DNA of 64,000 bases from Naegleria gruberi (lineage: Eukaryota), in the NCBI GenBank assembly GCA_000004985.1, contig GG738890.1, one strand, 5' to 3'. The translations under genes were made by a program, and so were the position numbers. Below are positions 56,163-64,000 of this stretch, piece after piece (the stretch's first letter is position 1; each line of letters opens with the position of its first letter). Under the pieces are notes generated by a model. It was given only the letters and a program-made list of their open reading frames with translations. It ran no database searches and had not been told where the DNA came from.

Positions 56163-57557
56163 TTATATACTTGTCTGGTTTTGAATATGAACATCTTCCA
56201 GGTCGATCATCTTGCCATTTCCTCTGGATTCTAAATAGTGGATGTGAGTTTCTGCTAATGTTTCGGTTAAATCATTTGCTAATTGTTGGAAAAGAGTTGG
56301 AGGGAGAAGATCAATTTCTTCAAATACATCTTCTCTATTATTGTAATTATCAATGATTCCTGAATCCACACTTGAAATTTCATAAGTATCCATTATTTCA
56401 ATTACAGTTTCGTATTTCAATCTTTCTAAATAACTAATTGCTTTTTCAATTTCATTATATGCTTTGGTAATTGATGTTTCATTTGGTCCAACCTCTTGCT
56501 TATCAAACAATTGATGTGCTATTTCGAATAGTTTCATCTGCATGTTCAAAGATTCATTGGAATAATCCTTGTAAAACTGAATTTTTTCCAAAAGTAGGAA
56601 TTCATTCAATAAATTACTATTTTGACATGAAAATTTGAATTTCATTCTAGAAAAATCATCACTCATAGTGTCCTTCATCAGAGAATTATTGGCATTGTGA
56701 AAATGAATCTTATTTCGTTTCTCATTTCGAATAGCAAAAACAAAGAGCAGAATTATTGTTGGAATTAACACGACAACACTCAAACAAATCAATGAAATGG
56801 ATACAATCAACGAATCCTTTCTCAAATAATCTGCTCTAGTTGAGATTAAACTTGCCGAATCCAAAAAATCAAACAACAACGCTTGAAATTCATTGAAATC
56901 TGTTGCATATCCAGGAGAATACAATTCATCTCTTGCTTCCTGTTGGAGAGTTTCGTTAAGATAAACATAAAGTGTTCCATTCACCGTAATAAATGAACAG
57001 GTTTTTTCAATCATGTGATCCCAATGTTTTTCAAATATTGGAAAGGTTTCTAATTTCCTTTCCAAAAATGGATGAGTGTATCCAACAGGAAACAGTTTGG
57101 CCATTTCAGCTATTGAACTATTCAAATAATTTCTATAGGGCAGATAATAGTAATAACCAGTTTGAATCGAATAGCCACCTCGATTTTCAATAGCCAACCG
57201 AATTAAATCTCTCAACACAACATAAACAGCATACAAATCAGTTCTCTTCCCCATCAAGTCAACCGAAGGAATTTCCTGAGCAAACTGATTAGGAATTGTA
57301 ATTAAACATATAATTGCAATTAAGATTGCAAAACTGAACAAAATAACCAAAATATTGCAAAAAGTAATAAAATTTTGACCTTTCTGTTCTCTGATTCGTT
57401 TCTTCTTCTTGTCGTCGTGAGAATTTGGTGCAGTTTCAATGTGTTTGATTGTGATGGATGGTTTGAAATCATTGTCATCATCATCTGCCTGCGCACTCAA
57501 GATATCATCGAGACCGAAAGTATCAGTGTTGTTGGGAGAGGTCAAGTCACTTTCCAT
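56163..57557 (-). CDS. Membrane-anchored RGS protein: short N-terminus, TM1, about 165-aa loop, TM2, RGS domain
   Basis: TM1 is FITFCNILVILFSFAILIAIICLITI and TM2 is LIVSISLICLSVVVLIPTIILLFVFAI. The RGS motif is MSDDFSRMKFKFSCQNSNLLNEFLLLEKIQFYKDY. Confidence 0.6.
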   Translation of the reverse strand: MESDLTSPNNTDTFGLDDILSAQADDDDNDFKPSITIKHIETAPNSHDDKKKKRIREQKGQNFITFCNILVILFSFAILIAIICLITIPNQFAQEIPSVDLMGKRTDLYAVYVVLRDLIRLAIENRGGYSIQTGYYYYLPYRNYLNSSIAEMAKLFPVGYTHPFLERKLETFPIFEKHWDHMIEKTCSFITVNGTLYVYLNETLQQEARDELYSPGYATDFNEFQALLFDFLDSASLISTRADYLRKDSLIVSISLICLSVVVLIPTIILLFVFAIRNEKRNKIHFHNANNSLMKDTMSDDFSRMKFKFSCQNSNLLNEFLLLEKIQFYKDYSNESLNMQMKLFEIAHQLFDKQEVGPNETSITKAYNEIEKAISYLERLKYETVIEIMDTYEISSVDSGIIDNYNNREDVFEEIDLLPPTLFQQLANDLTETLAETHIHYLESRGNGKMIDLEDVHIQNQTSI

Positions 57558-57894
57558 TTTTTTTCAAAGATTGCGCAGGTCAGAGAGACCGAAACTTGGC
57601 GATTCTCATATCTGTTCAGATTCCAACAATGGAAGGCAATAAATTGAAGAAATTTACAATAGGTTTGTTGACAAGTTTCTGCATCATTGTATCCAGCTAT
57701 TGGAAACCAATTGCCTAAATTCAATAAATCTTCTGTACTAAAGGATCCATCAAATTGTCAATTGACTACAAATTTGGGAGATATCTAAACGAAAGGTATT
57801 TCATAATGCCGAATAAAAAGGGCACAAGATAACAATAACACCTACAAAAAAAATCAAACAAGTTCCTGGTTGACCACTCACTCAAAATCACATC

Positions 57895-59274
57895 ATGGAC
57901 ATTGTCTCGCAATACAAGCAGAAAACTACTGCTTCCATCAAATCGAAAAAGACACAAACATTATCTCAATATTCGAAACGTTCATTTATGCATGTCGAAT
58001 GTTGTGGAAAGATGGTCTTTAATTGTACAAGAATAATGTCTGTTCTTGCACTGATACTATTAATTATTGCATTTATTGTTGTAATTATTTACTCAATTAT
58101 GACGTATGCAGTTGTCAAGTGGCCTTTATCGACGGCTCTTATTGAAATTGGAAATTGTTATCATTATTACAATGAAATGATAATGACAGAGTATATTACA
58201 GTGTTTTCAATGAATGGAACTTATGCGAAAGAATACGAAACTGCAAAGAACTCACTCATTACTTCTCTCAATGTTGTCTTCTCTATTATTTCAAGTGCCA
58301 AGTTGACCAATTTGACCAATGCCAACGATATTCCAATATTCAAATTACAACAAGGTGTAGTCGATGCAATAGTTGCGAAAGATTATACCACTGCCAATGA
58401 ACTATTCAATCAACCAGAACATTTAGAAGGGATGGACACATTCCTGAGCTCATATGTTAATTTTTTGCAAGATATTAAGAATATTAGTGCAAATCAGGAT
58501 CAGACGATTCAAAGTTCAACCTCCACACAGATTATTGTGATTGCTGTTTGTCTTGCATTGACCTTACCGATTGTGTTATTCATTATTATCACATCAATCA
58601 GATCTCAACAGCTGTCCGCAAGAAAACTCAAAAATACTAGATCAATAATGGTGCTCAAAACCATGACAGATCCAGTTTTGAGATCTCTTTTCAATGAATT
58701 CTGCGTTGGTGAGACTGAACATCATTGTTTTGAATTTTTGGAAAGTGTTCAACTATTTAAGGAAAAGAAGGGAACCTATCAATCGACCATTCGTCAAATC
58801 ATGAAACAAGTTAAGGAGGGAAATTTCATAGATGATGATACCAGCTCTTCAGATACCAATACAGCAGTCACCACACGAACAGATTCCACAGAATTTGGTT
58901 CTATAGTTTCACTCAATGATCAGGAGCAAGCACTTCAAATCTATGAGCGATTCTTAGCTCCAAACAGTTCCAAACGAATCCATTTCAAAGGTTATTCGGG
59001 AATTCTATCTGTAATTCAATCAAAAGAATTAGCTGCTGATTTACAACATGTATTTGTGGATGCTCAGAAATTTGCAAGTGAACATCTCATTCCAGCTCAC
59101 AATTCCTTCTTGGGGAGTTTCACCAACATTACCTCTCATAAAATTGAAATGATGAATGAATTTAGAAAGAAATGGTTACATTTCAAATCCACTGAAACTT
59201 CCAAAAAGAGAAAAGATCCAACCAAATTCCAGCAACAATCTTCTGGTCAAACTGATTCAAAATTGATTCAATAA
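57895..59274 (+). CDS. Membrane-anchored RGS protein, a paralog of 56163-57557 and divergently transcribed from a shared 337-bp intergenic region
   Basis: TM1 is IMSVLALILLIIAFIVVIIYSIM and TM2 is IIVIAVCLALTLPIVLFIIITSI. The RGS motif is MTDPVLRSLFNEFCVGETEHHCFEFLESVQLFKEKKG. The loop motif ITVFSMNGTYAKEYE parallels ITVNGTLYVYLNE in the neighbour. Confidence 0.6.
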   Translation: MDIVSQYKQKTTASIKSKKTQTLSQYSKRSFMHVECCGKMVFNCTRIMSVLALILLIIAFIVVIIYSIMTYAVVKWPLSTALIEIGNCYHYYNEMIMTEYITVFSMNGTYAKEYETAKNSLITSLNVVFSIISSAKLTNLTNANDIPIFKLQQGVVDAIVAKDYTTANELFNQPEHLEGMDTFLSSYVNFLQDIKNISANQDQTIQSSTSTQIIVIAVCLALTLPIVLFIIITSIRSQQLSARKLKNTRSIMVLKTMTDPVLRSLFNEFCVGETEHHCFEFLESVQLFKEKKGTYQSTIRQIMKQVKEGNFIDDDTSSSDTNTAVTTRTDSTEFGSIVSLNDQEQALQIYERFLAPNSSKRIHFKGYSGILSVIQSKELAADLQHVFVDAQKFASEHLIPAHNSFLGSFTNITSHKIEMMNEFRKKWLHFKSTETSKKRKDPTKFQQQSSGQTDSKLIQ

Positions 59275-59405
59275 ATATAAACAGTTTCACCAATAGCATA
59301 GAATTTATCCTCAATAATAAAGTAGATTGAATAAAATTAAATATCACACATTGGAAAGATGAGGGATTAAGGGACCACATTAAGTTAAAGATAAAACACA
59401 AAAAA

Positions 59406-59945
59406 ATGGCTTCAAAGGATATAGTGGTAAATACACCAAACACCTCTCCTTCGAATATGCTATCCTATGCCCGAGACAATATTACTAGCACTAATACAGT
59501 CATAGTTAAGAATCACTTCCAAATGGCAGATGAAAAACAAGAATTTGATACGCTTAGTGAGAATAACATCTTTGCACCACATTCAACTGATGAAAAAACA
59601 CTTTCTGAGCAAAATCCCAAACTTTTTGCCGAGTTTTGCATTGCTGTTCAAAACAAGTCCTATTCGTGTGAACTGAGGTCACTTGCTGTAAAAATATTGC
59701 TAAGGGTAAAGGCCTTTGAATATTTGGTTTCAGTGTACTGTTGGGAGGGAGAGAATCTTTTGGAAATTAGATATTTGAGCCAAGGATCAGATAGTCGAAG
59801 TGGTATTTATGTCCAATTTGAAGCTGATAAATCTAGTAACTCATTCACAGTGTTAGTAAATTTGGCTCATAAATTCCAACAATACAGTTTTAGAGAGGAA
59901 AATCAAGAAGAAATATTTGAATTCTTACAACATGCCCTCATTTAG
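59406..59945 (+). CDS. Hypothetical protein of 179 aa
   Basis: ORF with an A-rich start context. No recognisable domain. Confidence 0.35.
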   Translation: MASKDIVVNTPNTSPSNMLSYARDNITSTNTVIVKNHFQMADEKQEFDTLSENNIFAPHSTDEKTLSEQNPKLFAEFCIAVQNKSYSCELRSLAVKILLRVKAFEYLVSVYCWEGENLLEIRYLSQGSDSRSGIYVQFEADKSSNSFTVLVNLAHKFQQYSFREENQEEIFEFLQHALI

Positions 59946-59960
59946 AATACTCTTTTCAGA

Positions 59961-60384
59961 TCATATATCAAAATTGAATAAATAATGAAATTGGCGGGAA
60001 TGATGAACTTTAAAAAACAAAAAAAAAATAAAGGTATTATCTATTGTTTGGAGTGACCAATTAAGGGAGGATACGGTTTCTTTTACAGTATTCCAGAAAG
60101 GATCGTTAAGTTGGTGATTCCATGCTGCTAACGCAATATTGCTTGTGATGGTGGATGTAGAGTTGAACATTCTTAAAGCGGTGCACACTGGTTCAATCGT
60201 GTAGAGATAAGAGGGCATGGTGAGTCCTAATCCACCTTCAGCTTTGGAGCCGTAAATGACTGTTTTAGAGGTCATGTTGTCTAAGCCAACTGAGGTTCTA
60301 AGGTGTGTTCTGCGACTAGGACGTCCAGGTGTTGAAGGTCTTTCAGGTTGGCACCACCAAACAAGAATATTTTGGAAGTGACAC
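59961..60384 (-). pseudogene. 5'-truncated fragment of a non-LTR (LINE-type) retrotransposon ORF2, covering the C-terminal/thumb region of RT
   Basis: An open frame of 141 codons with a stop immediately upstream. It contains …VIYGSKAEGGLGL…LYTIEPVCTALRMFNSTSTITSNIALAAWNHQL…, which resembles the YGS..W / L..IQNKALRIITGA…TP…L motifs conserved 3' of the RT core in Jockey/CR1/L1-type elements. Confidence 0.4.
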
Positions 60385-60513
60385 TATTTTGGACATTGTG
60401 GTTGTGATAATGGTGTTCAGTTTGAGGTTTTTAGATTTCTTATTCGCCAAGCGTTCTTCAGCTTTAGGAGTTCATCTGATGTCCAGGCCCTTTACGATAA
60501 AAAACAAAAAAAA

Positions 60514-60726
60514 ATGGCAACAAAGGAACAAGTTCATGGGTGCATTATAAAGGGAGATGTTGAAGGTTTACGTAATTTGGGTGATTTATCAGCTGTGATT
60601 AACGAGACCATTCCGACAACATGTCCCGAAGGTGCTTATTCCTTGTTGTTTTCTGCTGCTGGATTTGATAATTTGGAAATTGTCAAAATATTGTTGGATA
60701 CACAAGGTATTGTTGTTGATCAAGGA
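60514..60726 (+). CDS. First exon of an ankyrin-repeat gene (the track ORF is 60514-60783). The probable donor is GTAGGT at 60727 or GTAAGT at 60780
   Basis: The ATG follows an A9 run. The ankyrin-like sequence is …CPEGAYSLLFSAAGFDNLEIVKILLDTQGIVVDQG. Confidence 0.45.
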
Positions 60727-60779
60727 GTAGGTTTGATTGTTTTTTGTAATTTTTGTGGATTTGAATTTGTTTTTAGCAA

Positions 60780-61236
60780 GTAAGTTTGATGGAAAATTGA
60801 AATTATTAAAGATCTATTGTAAAGTGGGTATGTTGAGTTGGATTGAAATATTAATGATTTGTGTTATAGTTTGTAAGTTGTTGTTGATTTCTTTGAATTT
60901 TGATTGGAACGTTTCAAGTCTGTAAGTTTTTGGGTTGAAGATTTGTTTCTAATGATTTTAGTTTGTAAGTTTCAGAAATTATGAGATGGTTTATTAATTT
61001 TAATAGGGAAATGTAAGTACTGCTCAATTATTTCATAATTTTAACTAATTTAATTTAGGAAGTAAGTTTAATTTGAAAATAATCGTGAAATAGTTACTTT
61101 GTTTAGGATGTAAGTTGACAAGCTCACTAAATTCTCATTCAGATTTGTTACAAGTTTGTAAGTAATCGCAATGCAATTACCTTCTTAAACTCAAATCAAA
61201 CAGTATGAGGTGAGTATTTATTGAGCATAAATATAG
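60780..61236 (+). other. Array of nine consecutive mini-intron-like units of 43-52 bp (one is 93 bp). Each starts with GTAAGT or GTGAGT and ends with a T-rich tract plus AG. The units are separated by 3-6 nt spacers (TTT, TCT, TTT, GGAAAT, GAA, GAT, TTT, TATGAG)
   Basis: Donor-like hexamers sit at 60780, 60873, 60922, 60965, 61013, 61062, 61110, 61158 and 61210. The internal sequences are not conserved between units. The array lies between ankyrin exon 1 and an ankyrin-coding exon starting at 61237. Confidence 0.4.
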
Positions 61237-61397
61237 AACATGATAAGTCTCCTCTCTATAATTCATTGAGAAGAAAAAACTTTGCACTTGCTAAACTTTT
61301 ACTTCGTGCTGGAGCTACAATTGATTCCAGTGTCAGATCCTTTATAGATATTGATATTGATAAATTGAATGAGGAAGCTTTGGCAGAATCTAACTAG
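61237..61397 (+). CDS. Terminal ankyrin-repeat exon (…HDKSPLYNSLRRKNFALAKLLLRAGATIDSS…), probably belonging to the gene that starts at 60514
   Basis: An open frame from the acceptor AG at 61235-36 to the TAG at 61395-97. The ankyrin consensus is SPLY..…A..LL.AGA..D. Confidence 0.35.
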
Positions 61398-61451
61398 TTG
61401 TCATTCATTACCTAGTTTGTCTAGATTTGAATAATGCTCAATAAAGTTTAT

Positions 61452-63134
61452 TTAGTTTCTCTTTTCATAATCAAATATGTATGGTTCAAGAACGGTTCTT
61501 GTAACAATGTATGTTTCCTTGATCTTAGCTTGTTGTTCCTTTAAATGTTCTGGAACCTTAATTCTATATTGTTTCAACAAATAGACAAGGATTAATTTGA
61601 TTTCCAATAAAGCCATTCTACGTCCCAAACAATCTCTTGGTCCAATCGAGAATGTGATCAACTCGTCTTTTTGGAAATCCATCGATAAATTACCCATAGT
61701 TCCCTTATCCATCTTATCTTCCTCTGTTTCAATCTTTTCTGGATTGAAGAAACGATCGAATTTGAAATCATCCATAGCATTATTATGAGAAAGCTTATGT
61801 TGTGCATATAATCCCACATTAACAACAGTTCCTTCCTCAAAGAATTGTCCACCAACTGTTTCACCTCCCTTCTTGGTAATGACTCTTGTGGCACCACCAA
61901 CTGGAATCTTGACACGGAATGCTTCCTTCATGAATGAGGTCAAGTATGGAAGCTTTTCAGTGATATCTTCAAATTTAATAGAGTCAAGTGATGGAATATC
62001 TCTATCAATTTCCTCAATTAACTTTTCTTGAATTTCTGGATTTGTGGCCAACAATCTCAACATGAAATTCAAGGATGTTGAACTAGTTTCAAATCCAGCA
62101 AAGAAGATAATGAAAATGGCACTGACTAATTCATCATTGGACAAACGTTCCTCCTCTGACAATTTCAAAGTATTGGCACTCTTCAATAATAAACTCAATA
62201 AATCTTCATCATCTTTAACTTGATGATCGAGTTCAGCTTCCTTAGTCTTTTTGAGAACCATTGTCATGGCAGTATCTCTGAATCTATTTTTGGCATCTTT
62301 AAATCTTTTGAAAATACCAAATGGAACAATTTCGAATAGATATTCAGGGAAGACGAATTTGTACATTAATCCAGTTAGTAAATCAGAAATCCAACCATGG
62401 ACTTCATCTCTGTGTTCTGGAGTCTTGTCAAAAATTTCAATATCATAATCAAAAGCAACTCTGTTAATGACAGTTAAAGTGACTGATTTCAATTCTTGAG
62501 TTGTGTTAACATTTCTAATATTTCCATTCTTGTCTGCATCATAATATTTAGTCCAAAATTGAATCATTTTTGGCAATTCTTCCATTGTAACTCTGAAAAC
62601 ATTTCTCAAATGTGAAACATTACTAAAGATTGGATTAGACAATGTTCTATGCTTTTTCCAAAGTGGATTATTCGAATCTGCAGAGAATACATTAGGTCCA
62701 AACAATCCAACAGGTGCCAAGAATTCACCCTTTCCAACAGTTCTATACTTTCTAATAAGAACTTCCTTGATCATTTCCTTATCCTTTGCAATGGTGAAAT
62801 AAACATCTGGTCCTTGTTGAATTTTAATCATTGCCTCATTTGGATATTTCTGAAATGCCTTCATTCCACACAAATAACCATGAAAGACGAACATTTCTCC
62901 ATCAATGAGTGAATCAATAAACGAAGGAAAGAATGAAACATATCCAGGAATGTGTCGATACTTGAAATAAGTTCTCAAGAATCGGAGAATATAGGTAATC
63001 AAATAAATAATCAATAAACATGACGAGATGGAAATCAATTGCAAAAATCCAAACCCATTTTCATCACCAAACAATGCACGAATTAGAAATGATCCTCCAC
63101 CATCATCAGATGCAACAATATTTGAAGTAGTCAT
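61452..63134 (-). CDS. Cytochrome P450 monooxygenase with an N-terminal membrane anchor
   Basis: Heme-binding loop: FSIGPRDCLGRRMALLEIKLILVYLL. I-helix: FFAGFETSSTSL. K-helix ExxR: KEAFRV. ATG at 63134. Confidence 0.85.
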   Translation of the reverse strand: MTTSNIVASDDGGGSFLIRALFGDENGFGFLQLISISSCLLIIYLITYILRFLRTYFKYRHIPGYVSFFPSFIDSLIDGEMFVFHGYLCGMKAFQKYPNEAMIKIQQGPDVYFTIAKDKEMIKEVLIRKYRTVGKGEFLAPVGLFGPNVFSADSNNPLWKKHRTLSNPIFSNVSHLRNVFRVTMEELPKMIQFWTKYYDADKNGNIRNVNTTQELKSVTLTVINRVAFDYDIEIFDKTPEHRDEVHGWISDLLTGLMYKFVFPEYLFEIVPFGIFKRFKDAKNRFRDTAMTMVLKKTKEAELDHQVKDDEDLLSLLLKSANTLKLSEEERLSNDELVSAIFIIFFAGFETSSTSLNFMLRLLATNPEIQEKLIEEIDRDIPSLDSIKFEDITEKLPYLTSFMKEAFRVKIPVGGATRVITKKGGETVGGQFFEEGTVVNVGLYAQHKLSHNNAMDDFKFDRFFNPEKIETEEDKMDKGTMGNLSMDFQKDELITFSIGPRDCLGRRMALLEIKLILVYLLKQYRIKVPEHLKEQQAKIKETYIVTRTVLEPYIFDYEKRN

Positions 63135-63301
63135 TTATATATTGGATGGTAAAATTGTTGTCCAATAGTAACGAACGGGATTTTTTTTTCAAATTGGTTT
63201 TGCCACTTGAAGTGGATGGGATTTGTCCAAGTTGAAGAATTGAGTGGCGTAGGACTACTGATGGATTAAGCGCGATAGGATCTCCTCTAAAGAAAAAGCA
63301 A

Positions 63302-63308
63302 AGAAAAA
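63302..63308 (-). terminator. Pol III terminator T-run after tRNA-Leu
   Basis: The minus strand reads ATTTTTTCTTTGCTTTTT directly 3' of the tRNA. Confidence 0.5.
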
Positions 63309-63310
63309 AT

Positions 63311-63401
63311 TGATGAGTGTGGGATTTGAACCCACGCCCTTGCGGAACACGGTATTAATCATACCTTAACGTGTCGTCTTAGACCACTCGACCAACTCAC
63401 C
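63311..63401 (-). tRNA. tRNA-Leu (anticodon AAG), class II with a long variable arm and an 11-12 nt intron 3' of the anticodon
   Basis: GGUGAGUUGGUCGAGUGGUCUAAGACGACACGUUAAGG[uaugauuaaua]CCGUGUUCCGCAAGGGCGUGGGUUCAAAUCCCACACUCAUCA. The acceptor stem is GGUGAGU/ACUCAUC with a G2-U71 pair. The anticodon stem ACACG/CGUGU flanks the intron. The T-arm is GUGGG-UUCAAAU-CCCAC. Confidence 0.85.
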
Positions 63402-63653
63402 GTTACAAATTATAAAAACATACTTTATTATGAGTGAAACGAAAGCAACTGCCCCAACGTGGTTAGAGAAAACTATCGTACATGATATAATTCATCTAAC
63501 ATAACTAGCCATTCATTCTTGATCCTCCATTTCCACATATCAAAATGCTTAGTATTTATTGATTGAAAATTAAAAAAGTTGTATGGATTCTGAAATTCTT
63601 AAAGTCACCTAATATCAAAATAGGTTTATTTCCAAAAGATTACTTAAAAAAAA

Positions 63654-64000
63654 ATGTACCTTTCCGATAATGAATTGTTTCGAATAATACAATATTTCGA
63701 CTTTGATAGGGACATTATCAATATAATGTGCTGCAGCAAGAAATTAAAAACCATGGCGATGGAACATTTATTAAATGGTTATCACAACTCGGAGCAATTT
63801 GTCAAATATTTCATTTCATACAAAACTTTTAATTGCAAAATGACTTGCGAATTATTAAATTTCATCGTGGAAACATTAAAGAATGAAAATGAATTATTGA
63901 ATTTGAATAGAATTAATTTGACAAACTTTGGAGGAAGATTGACCTATGCAATGATTGATAAAATTTGTGGATTAATTGCGAAATTTAATATTAGAGAGGT
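63654..64000 (+). CDS. 5' part of a hypothetical gene (possibly F-box-like) that runs off the window end
   Basis: From an ATG after an A-run the translation reads MYLSDNELFRIIQYFDFDRDIINIMCCSKKLKTMAMEHLLNGYHN… and stays open to position 64000. Confidence 0.3.
   Translation, partial: MYLSDNELFRIIQYFDFDRDIINIMCCSKKLKTMAMEHLLNGYHNSEQFVKYFISYKTFNCKMTCELLNFIVETLKNENELLNLNRINLTNFGGRLTYAMIDKICGLIAKFNIRE

Overview
This window is AT-rich eukaryotic nuclear DNA, about two thirds A+T, and it is not prokaryotic. Most coding regions are long single-exon ORFs. The few introns I could resolve are 39-77 nt with GTAAGT, GTAGGT or GTTTGT donors and (Y)AG acceptors. Start codons usually follow an A-run (aaaaaaaATG), and many proteins carry poly-Q/N/T/S tracts. 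I can support about 40 protein-coding genes. Recognisable products include a TMEM120/TMPIT homolog, AAR2, a Zn2Cys6 transcription factor, PTRHD1, POP4/Rpp29, an importin-7/8-type karyopherin, a Tom40-like porin, a kinesin motor, a NAA50/60-like GNAT acetyltransferase, a cytochrome P450, a bacterial-type xanthine phosphoribosyltransferase, several F-box-like proteins and four RGS-domain proteins. There are two Pol III tRNA genes: tRNA-Met(CAU), and an intron-containing tRNA-Leu(AAG). One apparently intact DIRS/Ngaro-type tyrosine-recombinase retrotransposon with split direct repeats sits at about 29.0-33.7 kb, and a 5'-truncated non-LTR RT fragment at about 59.96-60.38 kb. The gene style resembles a dictyostelid-like amoebozoan or another AT-rich early-branching eukaryote, but I cannot fix the lineage from this window. 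The most unusual features are: a family of three membrane-anchored (TM-loop-TM) RGS proteins; a PRXL2-type thioredoxin-fold::RGS fusion gene; a probable horizontally acquired xpt gene; a F-box::pseudo-GTPase gene; and a roughly 450-bp array of nine regularly spaced mini-intron-like units (GTAAGT ... YAG) separated by 3-6 nt spacers between two ankyrin-repeat exons. The supplied ORF track uses alternative start codons (TTG/GTG). Where I could find them I have re-set starts to real ATGs and joined exons.
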